64,000 nt of DNA. Origin: Podarcis gaigeae (lineage: Eukaryota). The first letter of the stretch is position 1, and each line of letters begins with the position of its first letter. Where the stretch lies: assembly GCA_964106915.2 (NCBI GenBank), contig OZ066914.1; one strand, given 5' to 3'. A model generated the notes under the pieces. That model was given only the letters and a program-made list of their open reading frames with translations. It ran no database searches and had not been told where the DNA came from. Below, piece after piece: positions 26,089 through 40,929 of this stretch. The position numbers and the translations under genes were made by a program.

Positions 26089-28399
26089 TAAAAACTTGCT
26101 TGCAAATGGCTTAAATTGACTTACAGCATGTTGCAGTGTTGTGATAAGAATTTTAATTTCTAATATCTTTTGTTGTCATTTATGTCATTCTCCCCCCCCC
26201 CCTTTATGTCATATGGTGAATGCATTACCTTGCCCAAATGAACCTCAGCCTGAACTTCATTGTGGAATTCTACATTTCTTCCAGAAGGCACCTGCATGCC
26301 TAACTAGTGAATGCTAAATAAGTTTTTGGTGAAAATCAGTCTGTCTTAAGTCAATAATTTAGGAACATCTTTGTTTAAATGATGAAGGAAATGTGGCTAT
26401 TTTTAAACCCACATATTTCTAAATGCTATTTTCCATTTCTTTGGTCCTGCATGTAGAGAATGAGGTATTCCCTAAGGTGTAGAACTTTTATAGATTACCA
26501 CCAGTATCTTGAATTGTCTTTGAAAACAAGCAGATTGTGTAGTTGCTACAGTACAGAATGAATATATTTATGCCTTCCACTACCTGTGAGTGGCATGGTA
26601 TAACATTCTGCAGTGGCTGAATATTCCAAAGAAATTTTCAAGACAGTCATATGTAAACTCTATTCCAAAATCAGTCCTCAGGTTTAAAAAATCATGAATG
26701 GTGATGTCAAGGTCCTTGTTTCATGGAAACTTAAGTTTTGTATGATCCAATTAGAATTTTTCCTTAAACTTGCTGAGGTAATATTGAGAGGCACACTTAA
26801 GTCGTTCAAAGCTGAACATAAGAATAACTGCTGGCAAGTTAATAATTCCTTGTTGTACACCATACTCTTTTGTTGTTGTTGTTTCATTACAACCAAAATC
26901 TTTTCTGTGCTTCAAATGATACAATAAAAAAGTTGTTCTAGAATTCTATATACTGGTTTCTAGATACTGCTAGTTTCCTTTCTGCCTTACAAAGTCTACT
27001 AATTTCCCCCAAATGCAGAATGTTATTGTATGGTATGACAGCAATAATAGATTCCACTTGGCTTGTTCATCACTGTCGGTAAATGTTTCTTAGTAGAATC
27101 TAGTTGGTGCCCTTGCAGTCACAGAAGAGCTTTGATCCAATTGATGCTTTCACAAACAGAAGAGACTGGGATTTTTGCTGATTTGCCCTTCCACCAAGTT
27201 CTAAAGAGTCCCTCAGCTCTCTGGAGCCAATTTTCAGTGTAAGGGGGTGCTGAGGACTGCAGGAGGGAATGGTTTGTTCTGTTATTAGAAGCATCTACTG
27301 GATCAAAAGCACCAGGGTGCCAACTAGATTCTGCCCTTTAAGACAGCCTCTTTCTATGTCAAGTAACTCCCATGCTAGTTATCGGAGGGTATAGAAATTA
27401 AATAAAGGCTGTATTCAAACATTACAGTTGCATAGTTTTATTGACAAACAGAATCTATCCTTTGTCTTGCTTGGAACCACCTCATTAAAATGTGCAAGAA
27501 CCAGATGACAAACTCTTTGCCAATTCAAAAAATTTAAAAAAGGAGAAATGAAATACTTTTGTGTTAGTGTTGGACCTTCTGTAATAGACCTGTGCTTTCA
27601 AGACATTAAGAAACGTACAAATGAATGGTTCGTTTAGATCTTAGTTCCTGCAGAAAAACCTTTTTTCTCTCTCTGCTCTACATTTTGGAGTCTAGGCCTT
27701 AGAACTAACCTGAGGAGATTGTATTTTTGTTCATTACACTGCGAGCACTTTTGTAAAGGCGAGAACAGTAATTGCCAAGTGTGACAAAGAAGAGATTTTA
27801 GGATTCAGGGCTATTTCCATTAACATGTGAAGTCTTCACCTAGTGTGCAGGCATCCATTTCAGTCCAGTGTCCTTCTCTGCACATTCATGACTTCATTCT
27901 CATGACTGGGAATCGGACCTCTGCAATTCTGACACCAATTATGTATTGGAAGCTGATAGTCTGGCAGAATGCCTGAAACCACATGATCACAAACCATTTT
28001 TAGCACTCAATTGGGTCTTTATAAATCCCCCTGTGAGGGTGGGTTCAAGTTTTACAATTATCTTTTAGAGCAAACAATTTCTCTCTCATCAGATGATCTC
28101 CAATGGATACTCAACTCTGGGGTGAGGAGTCAACTTACAAAACAGAAAAATGATCTGTGATAGCCCCAGTTAATTCAGACTTGGCAGCAGTGATCTAAGC
28201 ACTTTCCGTCACCAAAAACTTTCCTGTCTCTTGCCATGTGTTGCTTCAGATCCTGATAGACATAGAAAATCTGCATGATTCTTCACAGTTCAAAGTTTAT
28301 TGCATAACTGAGGCCACAATTACTAATACCCAAACTCCTGCTCTCACCTAGAGCAAGCACTTCCACAATCAGTAATACTTTGTTGACTTTCCTCACCAG

Positions 28400-28525
28400 A
28401 TGTTGCTCAATTTACATAAGAAGAGTTGGATGGAAGGTTTAACCCTTCAAGACTACAGTGAGCACTGCAAACTCAACGAGACAGTAGTGAAGGAAATGCT
28501 GGAATTAGCAAAGAACTACAACAAG
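28400..28525 (+). CDS. PSMD14: PSMD14 coding exon ([42 protein letters not shown])
   Basis: caccag acceptor, gtacca donor, 126 nt. Confidence 0.97.
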
Positions 28526-29290
28526 GTACCACAGTATGCCATTGCTTGAGCTGATGATATTCTGTGGGTGCCCCAGACTTGTTTTTGCCTTTGGAATTCC
28601 AGATTCAGATATCCAGTCTACATGTACTGGTGGGATAGCTGTTCATCCTTTAAAAAACAAAGAATAAAAATCAGGGCACTTAGTACTGGAATTGGGGGCC
28701 AAAAACCCCAAACTGAAATGGCATTGTTGAACATTAAAAGTGTCGAAGAAGTGAGCATGAAATTGCCAGCCCTGCTGGCATCTGCTTTCTTTTTAAAAAA
28801 GGTAGAAAAGTGCACAACATAGACAGGCTTAGCCTTTATAATATATATAAACATGTTGCAAACCTAGCGAGAGAGAAGGGCTTATCCCATCAGAAGCAAG
28901 ATCCAATGATACTTGCGTGTTCCTTGCTAGTTGTGCCACTTCCTTCCATCCTCCGGTTGTCTCCCCCTCTATCAGAAGTTAGGCCCCTGCCCTGAAGAGT
29001 GTTTCCTTTTTCATGTCAGTCTGTGAAGGGTGGTGTACATTGTTAGCACCACAGATATAAATGCTACACAGACCACTTACAGTGGCAATGAAAGCACTGT
29101 TATATGGGGTGGGGGGTGGAGATGTGGGCCTTGACTGTTTCCCTAGCACAGCTTCCTTTTTCATTGGGTATGTAGTGATTAAAATGATGCTGTCACTTCA
29201 GCTTCAGCCTTATAAAAGAACATTTAATTTTGGGGGGCTCCTGATTTAATAAGATCTCAAATGCTAACCTTTTCTGCATATCCTTCACAG

Positions 29291-29353
29291 GCTGTGGAGG
29301 AAGAAGATAAGATGACACCTGAACAGCTGGCAATAAAAAATGTTGGCAAGCAG
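29291..29353 (+). CDS. PSMD14: PSMD14 coding exon ([21 protein letters not shown])
   Basis: tcacag acceptor, gtgagg donor, 63 nt. Confidence 0.97.
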
Positions 29354-30258
29354 GTGAGGTGTAATGAATTATACTGACGTGAAATAACATGTTTTGTGTA
29401 TTTTTGTTTAGTCACATGCTGATGATTTTTCCTTTCTCCTTAACTCCTTACAAATGGTGCACTTATTTCCACTGAAACAAATTATTTGAAGTCTTTGACT
29501 TGAGATAGTCTCAACAGTGGGGCATAAAATTGTCATTTGGCATCTGCCACTGTTTCATTTGGTATTTTTCTACCTAAATAAACCATCTGGCATCCTATCC
29601 TTAAAAACAGTGGGTTTTCCCTAGTATTCCTGCACTTGGGCACCAAAGCCAAGAGAACAAGAATATCCATATAAAATTCTGTCATCAGCACAAAAATTCA
29701 GCCATTACCAATGCTCAAAGCCCATCTCCTTTGGATTTTAGGACGGTAAATTTGGATTGTTACTATGAAACCTAATCCTTGAATCGCAGAGTACTACTTG
29801 TCTTGTTCCTTGTGCCATAGAGAGCTGGGAACGCCTTCTTTTTCAAATGACAATCCCCTGTGCCAAAGGGCATTCCAAGGAGGGGGGGGGGGTATTCATA
29901 ATCTCTTTCCATTTACTTGGAAGTAAAGTTGCCAGGTTGCCTGCCAAATAACCCCCCAGGGACCTTAAAATCCATGATGAGGGAGTGAGTTATCCTGCAG
30001 GCCTTCTTCCATTGTACACCCCACCCACCTGCATCATGTGGCAAGCTAAAGGTATAATAACATGGTAACTAATATGGGGATGATTTAATATTGTCCTACC
30101 TTACAAGGTAGTGGATGTAAGGGCAGCACTATTTGAATATTACCAGGTGCTATGCAAATACCCAATATTGAGTCTCATGGCAAGGACTTGGACATGAGTT
30201 TCAGTGAACAGGGTGCATATCCAGGCGTTTCTAGAAATGGCTGTGTAGGAAAGTCAGG

Positions 30259-30540
30259 CAGGGCTTTTTTTCAGCTGGAAGTCACTGGAACTGAGTTCCG
30301 GCACCTCTTTGTTGCATTTCAGCACCTCATTGGTGCATTCCAGCAGCTGTGTAGTTTTGCAGTGCCATCCCCCTGCATGGTGCTCCGGGCTGCAGGCAGC
30401 AGGGTGATTTTGGCGGTGAAGGTTTTTATGTTATCCCTGTGGCATTGGGTCAAGCGGGCAAACAAGGGGGGGACACACTCAACAACTCACCCCACTTAAA
30501 AAGGGGGAGTTCCAGCACCTCTTTCTAGAAGAAAATCTTC
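30259..30540. mobile_element. Probable hAT-type non-autonomous element
   Basis: cagggctttttt start; subterminal gagttcc(g/a)gcacctct repeated near both ends. Confidence 0.45.
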
Positions 30541-32042
30541 ATTAATCCAAAAGGGCATTTTTGTTGAAGGGAGGAAACTAACTATTCTGATACTCCAGAA
30601 TGTGGGGGGTTGAAGCTTTTTACAAACCAACCAACAAACCCCTTTTGTTTGAAGAAAGGGACAGTACTGAGGTTTACTATGGGTTGTACCCAGCACCGAT
30701 CAAGCAGATTTCTGCTCAGAACGTCCCTTTCTTTTCCTCCACCCTGTACCCTCCCAACAAACCTGATTTGGAGGGTCAAACCCTCTGGAGCGGATTTTGA
30801 AAAGACTACTAAGGGTGGAGCTACAGGCAGAGGAAAGGAAAGTTCTGCTGCACATGCAGAAATCTGTGAAAATGGAACTGCAGCATTGCATGCAGCTATT
30901 TACTTATAAATGGTTATAGCCGTGGAACAGAATATGTTCCCTTATCATGTCATTTAAAAATTGTGCTGCCTGAGCAAGTACATCTACATCTATAGAATTG
31001 CCTTCTCCCATCCACACTTCCATTGATCTTGTTTGGAGGCCTTCAGATTCCCTCTTCTAATGTAGAGAGGCAGGCTAAAGAAGGTCTTTTTGCAGTGGTG
31101 ATGCAGTGGAAGACTTGACAGGTGCCCATCCTGAGGTCTTTATAGCCTTGGGAGAAGGGGGCCTCTTAATTACAATCTAATAGGTGCTTCAGATATTAAA
31201 TGCAGTTTCCTCTTGCTGGGTTTTAAATCCTGTTTTAAATTGTTTTGGCTGCTTTTTATGCCAATTTCAAGTTGGGGGGTGGGGTTGCTAGGCTTTTTGC
31301 CTTTGTGATTTATTGTGTTTGGATTTAATGGTTTTAATTGCAAATTGTAATTTGTGTTGTTGTTTTTAAATTAAACTACCCAGGGGACTTAGTTGGATGG
31401 GCAGAATACAAATGTACTAAACCTAAGTTGCAGCTTTGGACAACAGGAGAGGCTGAGAAGACAAAGTCTTGTTCTGGCTGTGTCATTGGGTTTGCTTATT
31501 AAGCAGGTTCATCTTGGAAAGCATAACTAATCTTGGCAAAAGATAATCCTCCTTTGTCCAACTGTGCAGTTTCTTAACGGAGGCACATGAAACAGTCAAA
31601 GAGTGGACAAAAATAATGTTTAATTCAGTAGCAAACTATGGATACGCTACTTGTTTGCAAATCAAAATTTTCTAAAAAGAGCATTTTAGCATCAGGGTTC
31701 CCCCCCCCCCCAACTTCACTATCCCCCACCCCCAATCTGTATTTTATGGTTTGTTTTCATTTATTTAATTGGAAAGCACTTTTGTTTTGAGTGAGGATAT
31801 CTTAAAATAACATGGGATGGAGTCCCAGTTCCATTGGAAGCAAATGGCAAAGCTCCCATTGATGTCAATGGAGCCCAGAATTCATTAATGAACTTGATAA
31901 ATGAATAAGAACAAGACAGTGTTATAATGGATTGTTGAAATTCACTATTAATTTTCAATGCAATGCATACCCAGATATTTAGATAAGTATCTTTTTCAAC
32001 AGGGTGACATGATTATGGTTTAATAACAACATTGCATTTTGC

Positions 32043-32127
32043 AGTGTGGTACTGTACATGCCTACTCAGGAGTAAGTCCCATTGAGTTCAGTGGGGCTTA
32101 CTCCTAGGTAAAGGGCTATGCGATTGT
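32043..32127. mobile_element. ~90-bp palindromic MITE-like element (well-preserved reference copy)
   Basis: ggagtaagtcccattga-gt-tcagtggggcttactcc hairpin core. Confidence 0.65.
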
Positions 32128-33386
32128 GATTGTGATCTGATGCAGCCTGCTAGTGTTGCAGTTGGATTAAGGGTCAGACTACCTTTGACACGGCTCATCA
32201 GTTCTTTCCCCCAACAAATTGCGCTTTCAGTCTCAGTAACTACAAGGAGATGGGGTGGAGCGTATGTGGGGCGTCTTTATTCTCTCGCTACAGATGAGAA
32301 AGCACCTTGCTAGTGTGGCTTTCAACAGACAAATTGTAGGAATTGTGTTGAGCAACCCATTATCCTCTAACCACTCTTCCCGCTCTTAATTGCAGCCTCT
32401 GAGGCTGTTTTGCACTTTAAAAAACAAAACAAAAACCTTGCTTATTTGGCTATGGCTATTTTCATGCTGATCTGTTGCAACTATTATTACTATGATTTAT
32501 TTATTTATTAAAATTATATACTGCCCTATATCCGCAGGTCAACGAGCACAGTCAACATGGGGGAGCATAGTCTTGAATAGCAAATGTTGTCCTAGTAGGT
32601 CCCTATATAGTAACTCCCTGCCACTACCTCTTATTTAACTGCCCTAAAGCAACCACAAGGGGAAACTGCTGTGTTGGAACAGGTTTTGAATGGGGTGCCC
32701 TTTAATATGAAAAAGCAGCACCATACAAGGCCACAGTCCTGTGTTTATGGGCAGTGTGGGTCTGATTCAAAACAGTTGCAGACAATTAATGTTCACGCTT
32801 CTGGAGATCTCCCCTGGCACTTCATGGTGGTAGGCAGGTCTGAAATTTAATAACTGAAGAAGAAGAAGAAGATGATGATGATGATAATCCCCAGTCAAGA
32901 ATCCTCTGCACATTCCAGTGTCGTCACAGAGCTTTCTGTGCAATGTAGTCCCGTCCCCCACATTCACCTGGATTGCACACAAGGAGCTGCCCAAGCCAGT
33001 ACAAGGAGTGGGAAAGCTATTGCACGTGTGGAGGGCTTCATTTATCCATCATTGTCCTCCACTCCTTTAGCCACAAGAATTGCCCATCAATGTCAGGATA
33101 TTAAGGGGGAAAGAAGTATGTCTCTTATTATTAGGTCCTCATTTGTTCAAAATGCCACTTTCAGGACAATAACATGCTTAGTTTGTATGAACACTGTGCA
33201 GCCTCAATCTAACGCTTAAAGTTTTTAAATTACAAACTACATCAAATAGCTTGCATAAGAGAACCCTGAGTTTTAATTGCTTATTGATGCCATCAGTTCT
33301 GCCATGGAATAGAAACACAGAACAAATAATTGCAAATGTGATGTTCCGATAAGCTCTACGAATAATATTTTCTACTTGTATTTTAG

Positions 33387-33485
<99 letters not shown>

Positions 33486-35672
33486 TGACTTGCTTGTAAA
33501 TGCTGTTCCCAGTCTCTGATCATCCATTGTTTCAAGCACTGAGACTAAGATATGTTTGGATGTCAAAGACATCATTTGTAATCTAAGAGCATCTCTCTAA
33601 CACCTTTTCATCTCAGTTTATGCAATTACTTTGGATATGTTTTTATGTCAGGGTCTTTGCAAATTCCAGAGCAATTCTGGAACTGAGTTAAAAATGTGGT
33701 TGGGGTTTGGTGTGGTTTTTCATTTAATATTTGGAAGAAAATCAGCAGTATATATATTTTGATTATTGCCATATAGGTGTTTTTTTTTAATAACCGTAGT
33801 GTTCTGCTTGTGTTGTTCATAAATTGGGGAGGGTATATTGTTGACAATATTGTACAAAGTTCAACAAGCAAAGAAATATATTTCAGTAAGCTGATGGGAC
33901 ATGGAGACCTGGGGCATGTGGTCATTTGTTGTTGCGGCACATATCTCTTCTATGTATAGGCAGCACTAATGTGGTCTTATTGCTTTTGGTGTGAGGGAGG
34001 ACTGAACCGCAGAAACTTTACAAGAGCTTGTCAGTCTTGAAATATATACCCAAAGCAATACTAGGGCACTTCTAAGCTCTTATCAGCACTGAGTTTGCTT
34101 TTGTCCTTTCCCACTCCCGTCTGAAATTATAACTTTTCAGGTCAGAGGAGTGTGGCTTCCAAGCAGACGTGAGCCTGTGTATGTGGCCTTTGACCAACAG
34201 GCAGGGCAGTTCACCTTATTAGAGAATGACTTCTTAAATTTGTGCAAAAGGTGGAAACAAGATACAATGGTATTGAAGAGAATTTGGATTGCCTAGCTTG
34301 ACAAATGGCCCCTGCAATGTGCTGATTAAAAACCTTGAAATTGGAGGCAGGTTTTTTTCAGAATGTATACGGTGGCCCAGTTAATTTGAGCTATCATTTT
34401 GAGCAAACAGGAGAGGGGCAATTTTACAGCAGCTAACCCGGACACCCTTATGGGATGTGTGCTGGAAAGGGGCAGTGGGAAAGCAAGATTTTGAAAGAAG
34501 CATGCTAAACCCATCAAATGCTGCACAAAACAACTAATCTTATAAAATCCTTGTGAGCTAATCATGAAACTGGCTCAAGCTTCCTGTTATAGCTGCTGTA
34601 AGCGATGGTGAGCATCTATTTCACTACAGCTCTGTAAAGTACAGAATTCAGTATCTCAAAAACTTTCATTTTCAGTCGCTTTCCCCCCTCCCAACTTTTT
34701 GTTCTTGCTCTTGGGACTGCAAAGAGCCTTGAAAGTGTATGTGAATTCAGAAAAAAGGGTAGTGTACGCAATGCCAGAGTAACAAACCTATTAAAAACAA
34801 ACTTGCCATAAAATACAATGATTCTTTGTCAACAAATTCTGTGAAACACCAAATCAAAAACATGCCTTCACAAATTCTTTTTGGGTTAAATCTTTTATTG
34901 TTATTATTTGTAAAAAAAAGAAACTGAAAAATACACATTTAATCAAACAAGGATTTGCACGTTAAAAACCATCAGAAAAGATGGAACCATCAAGACTCGT
35001 TCAAGAGAGATTTTTAACCTCTGAAAATAGTTTTGTAAACAATCTCTTGCTGATAGATTCGAAGGTGAATAAAGGAAGAGAAATTTACCAGTAAAACAAC
35101 CCCGATTTGTCTGTTTTCTTTCACTCTTAGATAATTTTTAACTTCAGCCACTACAGGAGAAGTCCACATCTTTGCTGCCCACTTTTTAAAAATGTGCTTT
35201 CTTCCAGTATCCGGTGCATAAAGTTCTGGTAACTACTGTCATTCATGCTGTCTTTGTATTCGCTCTTGAATATGCATTGGCAAAAGACAGCTTAACATAT
35301 AAACTGTAATAGAATAACAGTAACTTCCCTGTCCCCTAGAATTGTTAGCTTTCTGTTTGAATTAAAAAAATCTTTTATTTTGTAGTCAGAATGCAAGCCG
35401 TTGGAGCACTACAGTTTTTACACCTCACCTAAAGTAGTAGAATCAGAATCAGAATCAATGAATGTGAAACAAGCAATATTCAAACTTGATGCATATTGCA
35501 AAACTTTGGCTATCTAGGCATAAGATGTGGGGTTTTTTTGTTTTTTGTTTTAAAAGCAATACACACAGCCTTGAAGATGTAAAGGATTTTTAATTAAATG
35601 AAAGACTGCAGCTGAAGAGGACTGTTTTAATTGATCGGGAGATAAAAAAATATATACTGTACAAGCATTAAA

Positions 35673-36056
35673 AGGAACAGCTGAGGGAGTTGGGTATGTT
35701 TAGCCAGGAAAAGAGGAGATGCGGCAGTCATCTTCAAATATCATCTAAAGGGCTATCACATGGAAGATGCAGCAAGCTTGTTCTCTCCTGCTCTGAAGGG
35801 TAGGACCCAAACCAATGGATTCAAGTTGCAAGAAAGGAGATTCCGACTAAACATCAGAAGAACTTTCTGACAGTAAGAGCTGTTTGACAGCGGAACAGAC
35901 TCCCTTGGCAGGTTGTGGACTCTCCGTCCTTGGAGGTTTTTAAGCAGAGGTTGGATGACCATCTGTCATTGATGCTTTGGTCAGGATTCCTGCATTGCAG
36001 GGGTTGGACTAGATCACCCTAGGGGTCTCTTCCAGCGCTACAGTTCTAGGATTCTA
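35673..36056 (+). mobile_element. CR1 LINE 3' fragment
   Basis: High similarity to 13500-13871; ttctaggattcta tail. Confidence 0.9.
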
Positions 36057-38145
36057 ATACTTGGGAGATGAATGCACCTGATGCATGGCTTCAACATCCC
36101 TCTCTCAAATCACTGTGATTTACCTTGGAAAATAATTCACTGTGAAGCTAAAATTGTCCATCAAAACAAAAGAACTACTACTTCCCTCTTCAGCTCTGGC
36201 CGTTTTCTCCCATCAGCTTAGTTTCATTTCTCAGAAAAGGTAGGGGGAAAGCTTGCGCATTTAACTTGAAGGTGGGGAACATCAGGTGCAGGAGGCAAAT
36301 GCAGTCCTCCAGCTCTCTTCATCTGATGTTGGGACATTCCCAGGCTGCAGTCTTCAGTGCTGCCCTGTGGCTTCCTCAAGTGCCTGGCTGGAATGTTCCC
36401 TGGAACTGTCACAATGCCTTTGCTTGCCAGGATGGAGAGCCCCATCTACCACTGGCATATGCAGGGATGCCAACAGGATTTCCTGCACCCAGTACACTGC
36501 ATGTGTATTGTTCCCCCTGCTAGTCTGCTATACCTTACAAGTTGGGTAGAGCTGCTTTTTAAGTACACATGGTTACTCGGTCTAGCTCACCACACGAGGT
36601 TGCCGCTAAAATGTTATTCACAGATCACACAAAAATAAGCATGCCTAAGGTCAGAAGAAGAGCCTCCTTGCTTTAACTGCAAAATTTCCAGAGTCGTGAT
36701 ATTTACAGCAAAATACAAAAACAAAATCAAAGTTTGCCAACCCTGATGAAGAACAACGAGCAAGAATAAGAATCTATAAGTATGCAGAGTCTTACAAGTT
36801 TTAAGTGTCTGAACTACCAACTCTCGGCCTAGCCTATCACACTGGAGTGTTGTGAAGATAAAAATAGGGAGTGGGAGAAGAAAACAGCGTACACAGCCCT
36901 GACCTCCTGGAAGGAAAAGCAAGGTACATATATGCAATGGCAAGCAACTAATACTGTAAGCAGGTGACATTTCACAACTCAGCTTGGAAAACTTCCTAAA
37001 CTTGATAGTTACCCTGCCCCTTCTAAAGTATAGCCTGTTAGAATTTCGATTGTGGCTGCTGCAAGGTATTAGATGATCTTAGGTTCTATTTTCTGGTTAA
37101 GTTTGTATTTTCTATTATAATTACTATATATTAATAAACAACAATGATGACATGCAGACCAGTGATGACACGGGTGGGGGGTAGAGCGAGACATGGAATA
37201 TTGAAGGAGAGGGGTCAATTTCAAGGAAGTAGCTTCCAAATCATGCCAAAAACAGCCAGTTGTGTTTTATAGTATAAAGACAGCTCACAAGGAGCGAATG
37301 AAATAATGTGGACACAGAGGAAAGTGCTTAAACAAACATATCCCAGTACACATACAATCTTCCATCTGGCTAGCAGCAACAATAATGAGCTGCTCCTGTT
37401 TCTTCTGCTGTTCTTGGAGGCCTCCCTCCCTACTCCCAGGTGAGGGTGGTGAGCTATCCTTCCTCTGTTTGCTTAGCAACAGCAATTAAGTTGTGTAAGC
37501 AAGCTTAGCAACAGCAGCTTCTTTGTATCTGGCTGATGGAACCTTTGAAATTTGCCTCCACCCTTTGCTTTCTAACTTTCTTCATAGCTATCTGCTTGAC
37601 TGCTCTTTATTTCTAAATGAAAGTGAAGTGGTTCCCCCACTCCCAATAGCTTGCATCCTTGTGCATGTGTGCCCCCTGTATGCCCATGTGAGCAGCCCTG
37701 AACATACAGTCCCAGGTTTCTTATCAGGGAATGTGGCCCCAAAAGTCCCCCACTCCTGTTTAAATGTTTGGAAAGACCAAGGCCTCAGAACAGCTTGGAA
37801 GCTTAAGAGTGTCCCTGATCATCTTTGAGACACTGATGCATAAATGTGAGATCATGACCCAAATCACGTGTTTCATTTAGTTATTTCGGATATGCACAGA
37901 CCAGATATACACCACATCCACACACAAATGCAGACATTGCAAAGCCTAGCAATTTGTTCTCAGACAGCTGGGGGCAAGGTGAATCTTCTTTCCTCCAAAC
38001 TCAGGATAGCCACATGTGCCCGCCAGATCTTGGTGGACTACACCTTCCACCATCTCTTACCACTGGGGATAGCGCAAGTTGCAGTCAGTTCCCACATCCC
38101 ACTGCAATCAATGGGCCAAGGTTGCATTACTTTAGTAAGGATGTA

Positions 38146-38552
38146 AGGCTGCAAACCTACAACCCATTTCCTGGAACTAAGGCCCACTGAACCCAGCAGG
38201 AGTTACTTTTAAGTAGACAACTGTAGGGTATAACTCATAGTGTCTCCAGCTACAAGAATTGGGCAGCAGGAGGAGAAAATTAGAATTTGTCGCCTCTAGC
38301 TCCTCGTACTATTGGTTTCCTTGCCAATAGGCACCAGCCTCAACTTCTAGTGTTAAACTTGTCAAAACTACTTTTACTTCTCTTATAAGCATACAGGTTT
38401 GTATTTAGATCTTGCCTTCTTTCTTCTTCTACACCGCTCTAAAGGATCATTCTGGCACTCAGCTTAGATCCTAGCCCCACTTAGCTGGGAACAAGTCTCA
38501 CTGAATTCAATAGGACTTATTTTTGAGTAGACATGGCCAGGATTACACTGTA
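38146..38552. mobile_element. Two ~90-bp palindromic MITE-like copies (about 38146-38228 and 38460-38552)
   Basis: aag.ccc/tcactgaa...ggacttatttttgagtagacatg...aggatt pattern shared with the 32043 copy. Confidence 0.55.
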
Positions 38553-38668
38553 AACCCAGTGTAAGTCATAACTCATCAGTCAGCTAAGAATGTGCTGTTT
38601 AAGCTCATCCAATTTTGCTACGATCATTCAAGCCACTGACCCTCAGCATATGAATTGCTTCCTGAATG

Positions 38669-39343
38669 CAACTCCTTGCAATGCAGGAATCCCAACTATA
38701 TCATACATGACAGATAGCCCTCCAATCTCTACTTAAAAACCTCCAGGGAAGGAGTCCACCACCTCTGGTGGGACTCTGTCTCACTGTCAAACAGGTCCCA
38801 CCATCAGAAAGCTCTTGATGTTTAGTCAGAATGCCCTTCTTGTAACTTGAACCCATTGGTTCAGGTCCTAGCCTCCAGAGCAGGAGAAAGCAAGCTTGTT
38901 CCATCCTCCGTGTCACATGCCTTTAGATATTTGTAGATGGCTATCATATCTCCACTCAGTCTCCTCTTTATCAGGCTCTACCAGGATACTCCCTCAACTG
39001 TTCCTCATAAGACTTGGGTTCCTAACCCTTTATAATCTTGGTTACATACCTCTACACACATTCCAGCTTGTCAATATCCTTTTTTTAATTGTGGTGCCCA
39101 GAAATGGACACAGCTCTCTAGGTGTGGTTTGACCAAGGCAGAATAGAGTAGGACTATTGCTTCTCTTCATCACATGAGCATAGTCAGGATTTTTGTTGGA
39201 GGGGGGCAGAACCTCAGCTATGGATTTTTATTGATTTGGGGGGCAGCTGCCTCTCCCTGCCCTCCCCCACCCCCCCTTGGCTACGCCTAGGCTTGACCAG
39301 GACAGTATATTTCTATTACTGCAGCCTAGAATAGCATTTGCAG
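38669..39343 (-). mobile_element. CR1 LINE fragment interrupted by a hAT-type MITE
   Basis: Reverse complement of the same CR1 family; the sequence resumes at 39292 after the insertion. Confidence 0.85.
39173..39291. mobile_element. hAT-type MITE
   Basis: Degenerate TIRs catgagcatagtcagg / cttggctacgcctagg; degenerate 8-bp TSD cttcatca / cttgacca. Confidence 0.6.
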
Positions 39344-40929
39344 ACATAGGGTCTGGTAAGTTGCCCAGGAGTTTCTTCCCCTTTGCCCTTTGATTCTCAG
39401 TATTATTGGACAATGGATGTGGCCATTTGCTGCTTGACTGTTGTCCCAAGAGAATCTTCATGATGGCCTCTCAAGCAAGACTCTCCATATGTCTCAAGCT
39501 TGCATTTTCCTTAGTGGAAATGATAAAATGCAGGTAAAGGTCTTAGCTGGAAAATATACAGCATGAGCAGCAGAGATCTTTGTTAAGGTATGTCTAGCTC
39601 TGTCCTGTGCAGTGTGAGAGAGTTTTTCCCTTATACCTTAAATGGTTTTCTGTACTGAGATAACCAGCTAGGCCCTGTAGTGTTGGAAGTTCCACACAAT
39701 AAATTTCTGCTATGCAGTAAGAGACTTGCACCACCTTAAAGGCTAACACAACTCTATTGGGGCATCAGCTTTTGCTGAAACAAACTAACAGGACTGCCCC
39801 TCAGGGAATGTACTAATGAATGGCAACTTAGCAGCATCATGCTGGAATTTCCCATTGAAACTTGTTGTGTGTTTTTTTTAAATTGCATTAAAGGGCCACA
39901 ACAGAAGGTTGCATTAAGTGATAATCATAGAGTGGTGCCACTCACACCATCAGACATGACTTAGGGCCATTGATTTCAAGGAGAACTTAATGGGATACAG
40001 CTCAGGATGTTTTGGGAAACTGAAATTACCACCTTTCTCGCCTGGTTTGTACCCTTTGGATACTAGTCTCTGTAAAGGGCAGATAAGCCCATAGATACTC
40101 TTTTCTTAAGGCATGCATTGCAAGAGGATGGATGCCTCAAGTTTATGTGTACTGGGATTTCTATGTTTCAGTTAATGGAATTGACTGGACAACCAGTTTT
40201 TAAAAGCCTTCTGCCTAACCTAAGGACTCCATTGTACTCTATAAAGTTTTAAGGTTCTCTCTTCCCCGCCCACCTCCCACCTGCCCCACTTTTAGTCCAG
40301 CATTGCAGAATATAAACAAGTTATGGTGATGTGGAATTAAATTGCATATAGCGTAAGATCAGCTAGGACGTTTAAAGGATGCGCACACACAACTTTGAAC
40401 CTCAACATTTCTATTACAGCAGGACTGGTCTCTTTCAATGACTGCCCTCCCACATTTTTCTCTGCAGATTTTTCTCTGCGTTGGAACCTGCTGAGCAGAA
40501 CTTCCAGATTTTGGGAGAGGGGCTAAAAATAAAACTTGAACCCTGTCGAAATTCAGAGGGACGATATAGTTAAATAATACAGATGTGGTTGGAATGAATG
40601 TCAGGTCACCATGTGGAATGCCAGCTTCCCAGTTACACCAAAGTCTTATTCGGACTTGGATGCTTGAAAAAAGGAAGAGAAAAAGATGTTTATGGGAGGG
40701 GGCAAGGCGCTGAGCTTTTCCTGCAGTGGATTTCAGCTTTTAAAATGGGAATACAGGAAGATGATCGCTTATAAAATATGGTCCGGTCTTCATTCCTCCC
40801 AGACTGCTGTCCTGCGATTGGTGGGATGGCGAGCCAATCGGGGACTGTCCAAAGCATAACACTGTAGATATGCTGTGCTATTGAAGAAAGTTATTTCTTC
40901 GCACCCTGTCTAAGGGTGTTACTCCCTTT

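Noticed and set aside
34325-35073. PSMD14 poly(A) signal candidates (ATTAAA at 34325, AATAAA at 35068)
   Set aside because: Cannot choose between them without 3'-end data
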